DNA of 64,000 nucleotides from Paramecium tetraurelia (lineage: Eukaryota), in contig CT868660.1 in NCBI GenBank assembly GCA_000165425.1, forward strand, positions 496,001-560,000. The letters are read 5' to 3'. Below, one piece after another: positions 25,805 through 39,800 of this stretch (positions are counted from its first letter, which is position 1; every line of letters starts with the position of its first letter). The translations under genes were made by a program, and so were the position numbers. The notes beneath the pieces are model-generated. The model worked only from the letters and a program-made list of their open reading frames with translations. It did no database searches and was not told the origin of the DNA.

Positions 25805-27504
25805 TCATAATTAACTCAAACTTCTTAATTGATCTAAGTACTGTGATGGACTTAATATTTAAGTGGACCCTATGAATACCTACTTTAACTTATTGGAGTA
25901 ATAATTTCTTATCGCACAAACTTCAGAGTGACTGATTCCTCCTAAGATAAAAATGCATACACTGATTTATTCTACTTATTCTTCCTTCTTTGATCTCAAA
26001 CTTTGTTAAGCATTTGCATATTTTTAACTTGAATTTTAACCATATAGTGTAACTGTATTAAATTTGTTTTCATTCAAGAGATCATTCAACAGTTTTTCAA
26101 TTTCAGGAGTATGTCTTTGTAGTTCTAAAGTCATTTGACTTAATTTTTATTTAGCAAGCAATCTTGATTCTTTGTTGATGTTTTTAGTTATTCTGTTCGA
26201 CTTCATTTTATCAAAATCAAACCCCAGTTTCTATAAACCATAAAATGGTTTCAAATCTGTAATTTTTTCGAGTATCTATTTCCGTTCATATTCTGGCATT
26301 TAAACAGTAAGTAAAATTATTAGAACTAATCGAATTTTATCAGTATCTTAAATGATTTTCGATTGCAACATAAATAATACTTCCTAATAGAGTTAATCTG
26401 ATTTTGTTTGATTTCCTTATTTTGTAGTACCAGTTGCTAGTGCTTATTCTAATTCTCCTAAATCTTTGAGTCCTTTGGTTTCGAATTGCTTCCAAATTTA
26501 ATCAATTTAGTTCATATGGAAAGTGAAGTCTTTTAATTAGCTATTGTAATTGGGCATTGAATTCATGATTTCTTGCATCTTTTGTGTATCCAATTCCTTA
26601 AAATCTCCTTTATGGATTAAAGCTGATGGATTCGTATTCACCATCTTTTGGAACTCTTAAGGTATGCCTTCTAAAGCATAGGCAATATGTTTGTATCGAT
26701 ATTTTTGATAAACACTATCTTCACATTCAAAAGGAGAAAAAGTCTAAGGCAGTAGATCGACAACCAGAGATTCGTAATGAAAATCATGCAATAATGGAGT
26801 AAGTAGATCAAAAGTACGATCCAGGATTAAGAAATGCAATTCTCCTCCACCATCATCTTTAACAATTTGATTGGTTCTTTCCCAATTCTCTAGCAATCTT
26901 GGAAGATAATTAGTAAACAATTATGCGAATTAATTGGTATTAATGGTGGACAATTTTACACATTAGAAAGGTCGCATGGAGGGCAAGGAAGATAAAAATA
27001 ATTAAACAACCTGCACTAGATCATCAAAGTGTATTTGTGGAATTTAAAAATGGAAAGCATTCTCTTCAAGAAAGTAAAGATGATGGTTAAACTCTTTAAT
27101 TTATATAATACGATTAGCCAAATTTGATTTGCATATCTACTCTAATAACCTTTAAGGTAAATTGTAAGAAAATATTACATTAATTTTTCTATACATTTAT
27201 TGTTCTTTAAAATCGTTTATAAGCCTATTTACTGAATCATCTGAAGGTGTTATGAAATAGAAGGCATCATGTTTTGGATATGGTTTGCGTTGCAATTCCA
27301 ATTTTTCGATTGTCGATACTCCCATGTCTATTAGATCTTTGAGTTTCATCATTGAACTTAAAATTTTGGCTGAAGTTGAATCCAAAATCATTATTAGGCA
27401 TCTTTCAGGATTTCTTTATTTGATTGCATGAACTAAATCGCAAAATCTATTTCTGGCATTTTATTTCATCTATAAATTTAATTGAGAATTAATATAAACA
27501 CCAT
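25805..27504 (-). CDS. SEC1: Sec1/Munc18 (SM) family protein
   Basis: LIMILDSTSAKILSSMMKLKDLIDMGVSTIEKLELQRKPYPKHDAFYFITP, LILDRTFDLLTPLLHDFHYESLVVDLL, YRYKHIA, IFILGGISHSEV. Start is either ATG 27504 (with an intron) or ATG 27469. Confidence 0.93.
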
Positions 27505-27611
27505 TAATAATCATTCTCAAAATTAGGTGAACAAATGGCAAAATAGACTCGGTTCAGAATCTAATATATTTCATATGATTATATTTAGAAAATAGAAATT
27601 TGGTATACTCC

Positions 27612-28543
27612 TCAAATAAGTTAAATATGATCAAAATATGCAATCGCGTCTACAATTGAATATCCTTTAGCTGTATTAAGTTCACCCCCTTTTTCTTGAT
27701 GATTTCCATATTCATCAACCTATATTGTATAGCCCTCGTTGATTATTTTTGTACGTACTGATTCTCCCTCTAGATAATCATCATGTAAGTAGTCATGATA
27801 TCCATTTTCTAGATAAGCAATTGCTTTAATTCTTAAGTCTATAGCGTCTTTCACTTAAAATAATTATAAACATTACGCTTTTACAATTATGAGATCATTT
27901 TGTCTCTATTCTCCTAATCTTCTTTAGATAACTAATTAACTTAATTTTATTGATTGATATTGCTTAATGATCGTACTTGATATTTTATATTTTCTTTTCT
28001 CTAGTAAGCCATAACTATTTTTTCTTTTAGTTGTTATTCGTTTTGAGATGCTATTCTCATTTTCTCAAACACATTATTAACTTCATATCTCAACTATTCA
28101 GAATGACTTTTAGCTTATGATTAATCATTCTATTATTAACCATTTTGATTCATTTAAGAATTTTGTTCTGGCATTATACAATATTAATCATTCAGAAGTT
28201 CAATATTATAAGATTATAATTTCTCTTAATTCTGTTTGATACACATCTTACAATAAAGTTCTTGACTATCAAATTGTGACTCCCCTTCACTCAATAGTTT
28301 CTTAGTCATGATAAATTCATAAAGATAGCCATGTTCCTCACAAAAATTTTCACATCCTTAAGTTAAATCTAGCATCTCTTTCAATTAGTTTATATTTTTT
28401 CCATCCACGTAATGGTTTTTAAGGACATTCACGAATTTGTTCTCTTGGCAACAGCATTTGCTAGAATCTTATCCAAGCGTTCTTCCTGCACATCCTCTAC
28501 ATATTAATGACCTTTTTTCATTTTCTTCATATTGGACATGCAT
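27612..28543 (-). CDS. Hypothetical Cys/His-rich (B-box-like) coiled-coil protein
   Basis: ICRGCAG...KCCC, FCEEHG...LYCKMCI, followed by a Q/E/K coiled coil. One tiny intron near 27855-27877. Confidence 0.6.
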
Positions 28544-29443
28544 TTTAAATAAATAATATCTAATGTTAATTTTTTAAAATTTACTATATATATCCAATAT
28601 CACGTAATATGTAATTTTCGGTACCTAAAGGTTGATCTCACAAAAAAAATAAATGTTATATTAAACCTAGAATAAAAATATAAATAAATTTGAGGGTCTG
28701 AAAGAAATAGAATTAAATTTATTAACAAATACATAATTGCTTTTAAAGATATATGACACACTAAATAAATAAATTCAATTGACTCTCAACAAATCGAGAC
28801 AATTTTAGAGTAACTGAATTATGTAGTATAGAATTTGTGAACTCTATAAAATCTTTCCTTGAAAAAATACTCATAACTTAGAAAAAATCTTCTTATGATT
28901 CTCACCAAACTTGAATTTAAGGATACTTCTTTACATTATAATAAGTAAATTATTCTGTTAAATTTAAAGCTTATGTATACCTACTTATTAATATAAATTA
29001 GAAATGTATCCACTTTGATTATCACAAAGATTCAGTAATAAATTGATTGTTCAAGTGAAATGGACTTTTTGGAAACGAGTCATTACTTCTATTGAGTTAA
29101 ACTAAATTAATCAAAAAGAAATATGGTAAAACTCTAGTAGATAATTCATAATTTTAATATCAAAAATCTTACTAAAATAAATTCTTAATAAAAATTAAAT
29201 TCAATAATATGAATGAATAATTAAATAAAAATTTATGATCTTTGCAGTCATTTAGTCAAACTCTGTTCAATTCTTAAGGCTTTATATTTAATTGGCATAA
29301 ATATTTGGATTTATTTCATTCTTATAGATGATAATTTAAGAAAATAATTTTTTCAAAGAACTATAAAGTTGTATCCTAAAGTATGTCCTCTTTAATATAA
29401 TTTGATTATTCTAATATTAATTCAAACCAATAATCAAACTATA

Positions 29444-30645
29444 TCACTTTTTTTTTGCACCACCTCCTTTGCCTTTCTTTTTACCAAGCAATTTGGCTTG
29501 CTTCATTAAGTTATGCACAGTTTTTTCTTTTAATTTAGCCTCCTTTTCCAATTCTTCTTTCCAATGTTATTCCAACTCAAGTCTTCTGGCATTCATTCTA
29601 GAATTCAACAATTAATATACCTTTATTCTATACCCTCCTAGGCTGTAATAGCCTTTTCCTTATCTTGCATTTAAATAGTGGAGGTTTAATCTTCATTTCT
29701 AATTCTTTACCTTTCTTAGAATTCTCTATATCGTTCATCATCATATATCTTTTTATTTCTAATCAAATATTCCTAGCATTTTCTAACATCATTCAAATTC
29801 ATCTTTGGATTTTCAGTAATATCCAAACAAATTAAACTTGTGTTATCTCTTAAAGCATTAGCCAAAGCCTCACCACATTTTTCATCAAGTTTGCAGTTAC
29901 ATACATTTAATTATAAGAGAGTGTCGTTTTTTTCAAGAGCCTCACATAAGGCGTATATTCCACTATAATCATATGTATTTCTATCTTTGTCATGATTAGT
30001 CAAATTATTATTTTCTAAATCAATAACGCGAATAGATTTATTGAATTCTAATAATTTTGAGATGGCAATCAATGTCTTAGACCCAAGGTGGTTGCCTTCT
30101 AGTTCTAATCTAATATTGATTAGAAAATATCAACCTCTCTAAGACCATATTCTTTTCTAAACTTGCTGCTATCTCTTATCCTTCTTCATCTCCTATGCGT
30201 TTCCTACTCATTGATAAACCTTTTAAGGTATTATTATTTTCTGTAACCTTTACCAAAACTCTAATTTATGTTGGTCTTAAATCCAATCCTGAAATTGTGT
30301 AATCCAACTTAGAATCTCCAGTAGCCAAATCGATCATCATGTTACCGTATTCCCCCTTTAATGTATTCATTTATTGTATTTCTTCTTAGCTTCTTTTTTC
30401 TTCTTCCTTTTTTCTGTCTTCCTCTTATTTCTTAATTCTCTCCTATTCAATCAAATATTGTTGGAATTTCTTCTACTTTTCCGCCTACTCCTTTTATTGT
30501 GTCTCTTACTATATAATGATATGAATAATAAAATTACTTCTCTTTTCTTCTTCTACTCCTCCTCCAACTGTTTCTATCTCCTCTCTAGAGTTCTCTTAGT
30601 ATTTGGTAGAATTTCTGTGATGATTGATTTGTGAGCCTGATCCAT
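29444..30645 (-). CDS. RNI-like leucine-rich repeat protein with charged coiled-coil ends
   Basis: NNTLKGLSMSRKRIGDEEG, LERLELEGNHLGSKT, NKSIRVIDLENNNLT, NDTLLQLNVCNCKLDEKCGEALANALRDNTSLICLDITEN. Lys-rich C-terminus KKGKGGGAKKK*. Confidence 0.85.
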
Positions 30646-30751
30646 TTGAAAATAAAATATTAAAATTATTAAAAAAATAGGAAACTGTTATATCAAATAC
30701 TGTATTCTCCTGATATTGCCTCTATTAAAATAAACAATAATTTAAAGATCT

Positions 30752-31365
30752 ATGTATAACTATTCAAACACGCTATTAAAGGATATTCTTCAATTTCATA
30801 CAAAATATCAGTCTATCTAAATGTTAATTCATACTTTAAACTAGTAAACGAGTATACAGACATACGCAAACGATATACTTGAACATATTAAGGCATTCTC
30901 AAAAGCTGTACCCATTAAAAAGATAACGCAGGAAATGAAAGTCATTTGTGAGAATAAGACCCAGGTGAAAGCACTTGAGTATTCAAATTCATTCTCTTAA
31001 AATATAGAACATACTATTAATCCTAATATCGGAAAAATATTAGAATATAACAATAGTTACACATCCTTATTTGAGTCATAAATGACAAATAGAAAGCTCA
31101 AACTCAATGTAAATGATACATAGAGAATTAAACTATTAAAATTTTCTTTTCATTACCTGAATGGCTATTTTTTGAGTTTGTGTTTAAAGAGATCCGAATT
31201 TAAAAGTATAACTATTATCACAACCAATGTGGTTATCTTATACTTTAAATATAATTCTAAATACATCTAATAGATATATGTATATCCATAGATGCATGTC
31301 CATAGTACAAATAGATGTTAGATGATAATAGTAATCAGAATATTTCTTTGATTCTTAAGTGTTGA
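30752..31365 (+). CDS. Hypothetical protein
   Basis: ORF of about 195 codons under code 6 (MYNYSNTLLKDILQFHTKYQ...). The 3' end depends on a putative intron near 31280-31306. No motif recognised. Confidence 0.4.
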
Positions 31366-31482
31366 GTCATCTATTTCTTTGATCCCGTCAATTTGATCTA
31401 TGATGGTATGAGTCTTTCGAAATCGATTTTTCATGTATTAAATTAATGCAACATCAGTATTAATTATTTAAATATATACATC

Positions 31483-32264
31483 ATGATTTTCAATTCTGAA
31501 ATCTCAGGCCAACAACAACACACAACATCACCTGTTGTTACTGGTGGCAGTGTCATCGCTTTGGTTTACAATGGAGGTGTAATTGTTGGAACTGATACTC
31601 TTTGTAGTTATGGAAGCATGGCAGCATTCAAGTACATCATGAGAATACTTCATTTAGGAATGTATAAAAGATTGCTTAAATATCCAAAAACACAATCTAT
31701 GCATCCAGTGGTGAATATTCTGATTTCTAACAAGTTGTGAAGGAATTGGCAAAAATCGATAGATCAGCTTTATAATATGATGATGGGGTTCATCCTTCTC
31801 CAAAAGATTATGGCAATTTCTTAGCAAGATTGTCCTATAAAAAAAGATGCAAAATTAACCCCTTGTATTTACAGAATGTTATTGCTGTATTGCATTTAGA
31901 CTATTTAGGGATTTCATAATGGAGAGAGATATTTGGGACTTATTGATATTTATGGCACCTATTTAGAATCAAACTTTATTACAACTGGATTCGCTAGTTA
32001 CTTCTGCAAAGCCATCATTAGTAATTATTGGAATGAGAATTGCACTCTTGATTAGGCTAAATAAGTAATCAGAGAATGCTTTAAAGTATCAATCGATTCT
32101 AAAGATAGGTCTTATTCTGCAGAGATTGCAGAGCTCATGATGTAATTTAATTGGCATATGTTGACGCTTAAGGTGCCCACATTGAAGAGTCTGAGAGAGT
32201 AGAGACCAAATGGGATTTCAATGGATTCAAATCTAGAGCTAATGAGAAATTACACACATAATGA
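31483..32264 (+). CDS. PSMB4: 20S proteasome subunit beta-7 (PSMB4/Pre4 type)
   Basis: HTTSPVVTGGSVIALVYNGGVIVGTDTLCSYGSMAAF, SSGEYSDFQ, YKKRCKINPLY, LGLIDIYGT, TTGFASYF, VLFCRDCRA. Three tiny introns. Confidence 0.93.
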
Positions 32265-32299
32265 ACATTATTATTATATGATTTTATAATTCACTCCTC

Positions 32300-32590
32300 T
32301 CATGGGTCTGATACTTATGGTCTAGTAGAAATAAAGCTTTCTCTCCCAGTGGGTTACCATTCCATAGCCTCATACCAAAATGTACGCAATTTCATATCTC
32401 TACATCTAATAAAACGTTCAAATCTGCTTGATCTCCAAAAGAATTTGTCTATTCTTTCATGTGAATGATAGAGAATGTCATATAAACAAACTGGCAATAA
32501 TGTTCCAAGAGTTGTAAGTACCATACAAACTGGAGCTATTTTTAGAACTGTTCTTAAAGGTATTGGATATGAACTATTAGGCACAGGCAT
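32300..32590 (-). CDS. NDUFA1: Probable NDUFA1 (MWFE)-like mitochondrial complex I accessory subunit, 96 aa
   Basis: MPVPNSSYPIPLRTVLKIAPVCMVLTTLGTLLPVCLYDILYH...FERFIRCRDMKLRTFWYEAMEWQPTGR... Single N-terminal TM, then an aromatic-x6-RD-x-x-L motif like the ERDRRL of NDUFA1. TAA read as Gln extends the ORF to TGA 32300-32302. Confidence 0.62.
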
Positions 32591-32591
32591 A

Positions 32592-32631
32592 TTTATTAAT
32601 TATTATTATTACTATTATTATTATTATTATT
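32592..32631. repeat. Imperfect (ATT)n microsatellite immediately upstream of the NDUFA1-like start codon
   Basis: tttattaattattattattactattattattattattat. Confidence 0.7.
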
Positions 32632-32814
32632 TATATTTAAAATTCTTTTAAACTTATACATAATATTTAACTTATTTAAATTAAAGGATATAAATAAGAT
32701 TCTCTATTTTAGATATAATAAGAAATCCTTAGATATTTCTTTTTATAAAAAAGAATAGTGAATATAAAATAAATAAAGTTGAAACATTATTAAATTTACT
32801 TTATATAATAGTAA

Positions 32815-34106
32815 TCATTTCTTTGTCTTTTAAGCTTTCCAAATTAACTCCTAACTAGTCTCATATTATTTATCCAAGAGATCAATATCCAAACAACGCT
32901 TACTTAATTACTTCTTACAATTTTGCTCGCTGTAACTTTTAGCTCTTTAATTCGAAATCTAAATATATAATATAACTTACTTGGTTCATAATTTCAAATT
33001 ACTATTTAAAAGGAATGTTACTTGTAGATGTCTGAACCTATTTAATGTTTTTAGTGCTCCCATTATTGAGACTGTTTAGAAATGGATTTTATTAGGTCGA
33101 TTGTTAAGGATTTTGCTGCTGCTGTTAATTAATGACATTAGTATTATTGGATAAGATTTATGCCTATTGATTGCCATAACAAGACTTTGAAGAGGACCTA
33201 TTGTTTTCTGATTGAAGTTGTTATTATTGAAAATAATTAAGAGGTCTCTAACTATTTTATGATGTTTTAGCAGTACTGCATTAATCATATTACCTATGAG
33301 ATTAAGCAATGGAATCTAAAATAGAAACGAGTAATTACATCTGAAATTATTTTCATTTGGACTCATACAGGGAGATTAATTTTCTTCAACTACCGTTGAT
33401 AATTGGGGTTAGTCCAGAGTACGTTTGGAATCTGGTTTATTCATTGAGGAATGATGCTGATGATTCTCTTTATTAGTTTTGATATCCTGGGAACGCATAA
33501 CTTTGGTATTGAAAGCGAACTGTTTATTTTCATAAGTATTCTTAGCACTTTTTGGTTGCTACAATTCAAGATGTTGATTCTTCTTCTATTTGTTTAAATC
33601 GACTGACATTTGCATGGATTTAGGCACAGACAAATACTAATCTTCCCTACAAGGCTCTTCAAGTTCTTTATTAATACTTTCAAATGCTGAATCAAATGGA
33701 GTGCCTTAAAGTTGCATAATAGAAATCTAGGAGAGGTTGATAAAATGAATACCTTCTTATTGTTATTAAATATTTTGGAAAAGTTTTCTGGTTTGATTAC
33801 TTCATCTGGTTCTGTTTTATTGGGTCTTATTGGGGACAATTTTAATTGATCTTTGGCCTATGAGTGTTTGTGTCGACGCTGTTGAGTTGCCATTAACTAT
33901 TACAATAACGATGTCTTATTAAATAGAGAGTATGGATTTACATTGCATTGATTCTGCTTATGGGTTTCAATTGTGATTTCCATCAGTTGACTGAAAATGG
34001 TTGTCCACCCTTATAGAGTTTGCTTGATTTGATGAATATCCTAAGATAGACAGTCCAAGTTGAAGGAGTGAGCTTCCATTAAACCATTTTAGGGGTGATC
34101 GTACAT
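32815..34106 (-). CDS. Hypothetical, largely disordered S/Q/K/N-rich protein
   Basis: MYDHPQNGLMEAHSFNLDCLSQDIHQIKQTLQGWTTIFSQLMEITIE... Several tiny introns; ends ELIWKAQKTKK*. Confidence 0.65.
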
Positions 34107-34125
34107 TTGATTGTTAAAAATATAA

Positions 34126-36095
34126 ATGTCAAATTAATAATCAGGTAATGAGAAATCTAGAAGCAAATCCTAAAAACTATAAACCATGAAAGTGAATGAT
34201 AAAAATTATATATTATTGGATAAGTATTTCTACAACCCTGATGATGTGATTGGAGAAGGGGCATTTGGCAAAGTCTATCGTGGATTCAATTTCTAGGCGT
34301 AATTATGATGTCTATTTCCCATCTAGACAAAATAAAGAAAATGACAAGGAATGTGCAATCAAGAAGATGGAGCTTCCAGAAAATATGGCATTAATGAGTG
34401 ATAGAGAGAAGATGACTTTAGATGCCGTCAGAAAAGAGATTTGTGCTTTAAAATTGCTAAAACATCCCAATATTGTAAAACTTTATGATGTTAAGAAATT
34501 ACAACATGTTATTTACATGGTTATGGAACTTTGTAATGAAAAGGTAAAGTATAAATATATTCTTAATGATCTTAGTCACTATCTGAATTCATTAAAGAAA
34601 ATAAAGAGATCACCGAACCAGAGATAAGGTACAAGTTTGGAGAAATCCTTAATGGATTTAAATATCTCAGGAGTAAACAAATCATCCATCGAGACGTGAA
34701 ACCTGAAAATATCCTAATAAGAAAAGGAGTCTTAAAAATAGCAGACTTTGGATTTGCCAAACAACATAACTCAAAAACCCAATTGCACTCTTATCTAGGA
34801 ACGAGAGCCACTATTGCTCCCTAAGTTATTTTAGGTATATCCTTGTATATAAGTTAGGCGATTATACTGATAAATGCGATATTTGGAGTTTAGGAGCCAC
34901 TCTATATTTTATGTGCTTTAAGAAATATCCTTACAAAGAATTCTATGCAAGTGAAATCAAATTAATGGAATTAATGAAAAGAGATTTTATTGAATTTCCA
35001 AAAACTGGTATGCAAGTTTCATAGCCTTTATAATAAATTATTGTTTAAATGATGAGATATAGAGAAGAAGACAGAATAGATTGGAGCGATTTATTTGCCT
35101 GTCCTTTATTTCAAAATAAATTATTAAAAGAAATGGGATTAAACATTTTTGAGTATCATGAACCTTAAGATGATTCAGTAGATATTAATGATGTTAAAAT
35201 AGACGATTTTGATTTTGAAATGAATGATCATTCAGAATAAGAAATAGAAAGAATCTATGAAAATGCAAATGTGGTAATTGATTAGGCTGAAAAACAAAGA
35301 AAAAATGAAGATATCTTCTCGAAATTGATTAGCAGACTAACTTTTGAAAAGGGTAAATGTATGTTCCTTAGATTATTATCTCAAAGAGTTAAAGAATATG
35401 AATTAACCTTAGCTAATAAATTAATTTTTGAAAGAAGCAAAGTGGATATTTCAGATCATCTAAAATCACTGAGATTTGGATTGAATAAATTTGAACTTAT
35501 AATCAATAGAGGATTAGTGGAATGGATGGAAGTTAATAAAAACTTCAAATACTATTGTTGTTGGGATATTAATAATCCAATAGGCGTTAATGATACGGAT
35601 TGGGAAAACTTCTTAACTGAAGGATTGGACAGAGAGAAAATTAAAAAAGCACTTGAGAAAGACCTAAATATCACTTAACAATATGTCTACAGTGCTTCAT
35701 AAGACCAATTATAGTAGTTTTAATCTATGAATGAGAAAGCATTTTAAAAATTGAATGTTAATAAAGAATTCATGAGTTCAAATTTTGAGTGCAATAAGAA
35801 TTTTTTTAAAGTTCTTTATGATCTAAGTTTAGGGTTAGCTCGATTACTTTTCCCAGAAATTGTGAAAATTAGAAATAATCTGGATTCCCTTCATAAGGTT
35901 CTTCCAACATTAGTTCTCGTTGATGATCTATTCATATTATTAACTCTTGACTCAGTATTCTCACATACTGATTCTAGTTCAATGAATTATACAGCATTTT
36001 TTGAATTGAGAAAAAAGAACTATTCAGAAGATTAAGTCATGTATAAGACTATGTATCAAAGAGTGATGAGAGCATATGAAGTATTTTTCGAATGA
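34126..36095 (+). CDS. Ser/Thr protein kinase, ULK/Atg1-like (ciliate expanded group)
   Basis: IGEGAFGKVYRG, CAIKKM, KEICALKLLKHPNIVKLYDV, YMVMELCN, IIHRDVKPENIL, LKIADFGFAK, YLGTRATIAPQV, KCDIWSLG, then a helical C-terminal domain. Three tiny introns. An alternative start exists at 34187. Confidence 0.9.
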
Positions 36096-36267
36096 ATAGA
36101 TTATCCATTCATATATATAACTATTAAAAAGTCATTATTATTAAATTCTAGAATAATTTAGTGGTCAATTATAAAGGTGTGTGAAAAAAATGCAAACATT
36201 TCTTTCTTTAGATAATAATTATGCTTCTAATTAATTATGTTAATATTAAATCATCTATATATCACAT

Positions 36268-36613
36268 TCAATAATATTATGACTCGTCTTCTTCTTCTGA
36301 TTCAGGCATATCAAGATTTCTCTTTTATTTTTTCGGTTTTGGTACTCCCTCAGCAGTCACTCGCCTAATTATATGAAAATTTGGCTTACTTTTTCTTTTT
36401 CTTCTTTTTTTCTTACTATTACTCCTCTTAACCTCCTTCTTTTTGTTCAACTTTTTAAGGTTGATCCTGTTATTCAACTTCCTCATCATCTTCTGAATCA
36501 TCTTCTGCTTGATGTTTTAATTATTCGATCAATTCGCCTTCATTGACTTATTCGAATTGTCTATCCTTATGATTTCCCCATTTCCTATTTTTTCCTCTAG
36601 CGTCTTTAGGCAT
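36268..36613 (-). CDS. Small charged protein; N-terminus loosely resembles PDAP1/PP28
   Basis: MPKDARGKNRKWGNHKDRQFEQVNEGELIEQLKHQAEDDSEDDEE..., a Lys-rich stretch, one tiny intron, and an acidic end DMPESEEEDESQYY*. Confidence 0.55.
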
Positions 36614-36802
36614 TTATTAAATTTTAAAATATATATATATATATTTATATCAGCGAACGGATCATTCATCACTTTTGATAAGTAATGTATAATATTTCAT
36701 CATTATTTATAAGTTAACTATCAAACTATGAGCCTTGATCTCAGACTCTTAGTGTTTGGAGATATTTTATTTAAATATTTTAAATAAATTAATGATTAAT
36801 TT

Positions 36803-39800
36803 TCATAATTAGCGAAGAATATTAATTGCTTATTAATCAATCAATTCTAAAGGAATTACTGTTAAGGATAACCTTAACAGGTTGATTTGTTACTACTACA
36901 TTTTTGCAAAATATATCAGGGCTAATCCTACAATAATTAAGGTACAACATCCAGTGATCGAATAATATATTAGAATCACTTCAAAATTGTCTTCTATTAT
37001 TCCCATTGTAAGATTCAATATTTCATTTCCAAATTTTTCAAATGCCATTTTGGTGTTAGTGAAATACCTGCCAAAGATTTAATTAAAATCGACAGAATTC
37101 AAAACTTCCAATGATGCCTAAGAATCAGGATCTATCCTTTCCATTTCCAATTCATAATTGTATGAAGTTGTAAGGAAATTAGACATCTTAGTGTATATCC
37201 CAATAATACCTTTGTTGTAGAGATATGTGCAATTATCCTTAATGTTTGATGAATTCGGGCAGATAGAAGGGCATAAGTCTTGGAAAAATATTTCATTCAG
37301 AATCCCAGCCTTTGAAGGGTCAATATTGGGATCTTCAATGAGAATTTGTATGATTTGAATTTAACTCTATTGAAAAGAATCAACTAAATCCTTAAAATCA
37401 CTTAGATTCTAATATTTTTCATCTTGAAAATAATTGATAGCTTATTTTAGATTTCTTGGATTAAGCTTATTTGTCAAAGTATTATTGCTTAAAATTATGT
37501 TTTGGCTTTTTATTCGCATGGCATTACTCAAAATGGAATCAACTTGTAATGTAAAATGATGGAATTCGGCTGTTAACAGAAAAGATGGCTTGAGTTATTT
37601 TTGTTTTTGGGAATTCAATAAAAATCCTCCTATATTAACTAGTAATATAATTAGCAAAAGAACGAGTAGAAATGCTGATGATGTAAAGATATTAAAGTTT
37701 TGTTGCTGTAATCGAGAAGACAATAAAGTAGTCTTATTTTATTTTCCATTCTTAGTTTATTATTCAGTTTAAGGCTAATAAACAATATGGATATAGTCAG
37801 CCTTTTTCCAATTCAGAGAATATTTATCAAATAATATGTCTCGAACAGCTTATAATCTCTAGATGGCAATTAATACATCTTTTTCATATAATCTACAATT
37901 TAAATGAATTATCTTTCTATAAATCTTAAGAAGGTCTAGTAAGACAAGGAATTGTATTAAAATCAGTGAAAATTACAGGATTGTTTGAATGATGAATAAA
38001 TTAAGAATTAATTCATCGTTGTTATCGATATGATCATAAAATTTGTCAATTAATTATTTAAGCAATAGTCTAAATAATTATGAACTGTCATTTAAATTTA
38101 AGGTCTCAAATAAGGATTGCTAAAAGAAATAATCATCAAAATTGTTAACATTGTATTCTTAATAAAATTGGATTATTAGGGAGAAATATATTTTTATTTG
38201 ATTGTAAAAGAATGTAAAAGTCATGTTTGTATTGTCTGGTGCATGAATATAATGTAAAGAAATGTTTTAATTCAAAATATTACCTTCTTCTTCAATTTCT
38301 GAAAATACCTAATAAAATTTGGACATATTTTATAAGTATTCGATTTTAATAAATCTACTTTTTATAGTATCTAGTAAATCTTGGCTGAATTCAATTCCTT
38401 AAATTTATGACAATTTAAAAATAATATCATGAGAAGTCAATTCACAATAATAACTATTATAGATAAAGGGAGCCTGCAATTCAACTAATAAATTATTACT
38501 ATTTTATTTTTTTGTATTGAGTGTTAGGATTGTGAAAATATTAAACATGATTATGCTTAACACTATCAATAAATCGATAAATAAAATTAAGCTTAGTTGA
38601 ATAGGTTTCACTTTTGAACGAGACTTTTGTTTCAATAACTCATGATGATGGTTTTTAGTTCTCCTAGCAATTGATCCAGCTGAATTAACTGCTTGAATAT
38701 CTTGTATATTATTAAGTTGACAGTTTTTCCCTGCTGAAGATTACTTTTCCTGTAACTAATCTAGTACTGTTTTATGTTTAGAATACTAAAATTGATCTGC
38801 ATTATTATGTTATTCATAACTAAGCTCCTACTATTGTTTAAGGATTTTAAAATCATCCTCTAAATACTTTGAATCGTCATTGACACTTTTATGCTTAATA
38901 AGATTAAAAGTAGCTCTTTATGAAAAAGGAGCTAAGATTTATCTAGAGGAATCCTGTAACTAATCAAAAAATGATTAATCGTATTTTCCTCTAATCAGAG
39001 ATACCTCTGGATATTATTACAATTTATCATTCTCCTCAATTTTCACCTTTTAAAAGCTTTCATTTTGAATGGAACTCAAGACTTGATGGCTTGATTTATT
39101 TAAATCGGATAATTCTATATCCTGAATCATATCTTCTGATACAATCTCTTCCTCATTTTCTTCTTTTGTTTATGTAACTATGTCATTTATCTCCAAAGTA
39201 AATAATGGTATTGATTTATAATATCCAAGAACTAAGTATTCTAATTAGCAATTTATTTTATAATTGGTAGTTTAAATAGAATCATCTACGTATTACAGCA
39301 TTCTTTCTTAGTACCCTTCATCAAAGAGTTCACAATCAGGTTTTATTTGTTCTAATTGATTGAAATCTATATTATATTGTGGTTCCTTTCCGGCTTAACC
39401 ATAGTCGTGAGTATCAATGGTGGTCCATATGCCTGCATAATACATTTAATGTTTACTTTTTCCTTTTGAACTTTTCATTAACTTTTAAAATTGCCCTTTT
39501 ATTGGATTTCCAATTTTTAAAACAATCTTACTTTCCAGATTTACATCTGAATCTTGGGTTTTGTAAGCATTAATCAAAACAAATATTTTGGGAATAAGTT
39601 GAAATATGTAACCCTATGATAATTGGTCTTAAGTGATACTCTTATCAAGTGAACTCAATAACTTAAACATCAATTAATTAGCTCCTAAAATTTTCCCTCT
39701 AGAATCAAAGTACAAAAATAAGCATTTCTCTTTGGTTTTTGAAAAAGCAGCTGTGATTATATAATCGTCATAACTTATAAAGAAATTGTCTATTGTAATA

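Noticed and set aside
28600..29430. Long AT-rich gap with coding-like patches
   Set aside because: I could not build a convincing ORF or spliced model on either strand. It may be a relic, but that is unsupported.
30374..30634. Leu/Phe-rich plus-strand ORF
   Set aside because: It is antisense to the K/E/Q-rich N-terminus of the LRR gene.
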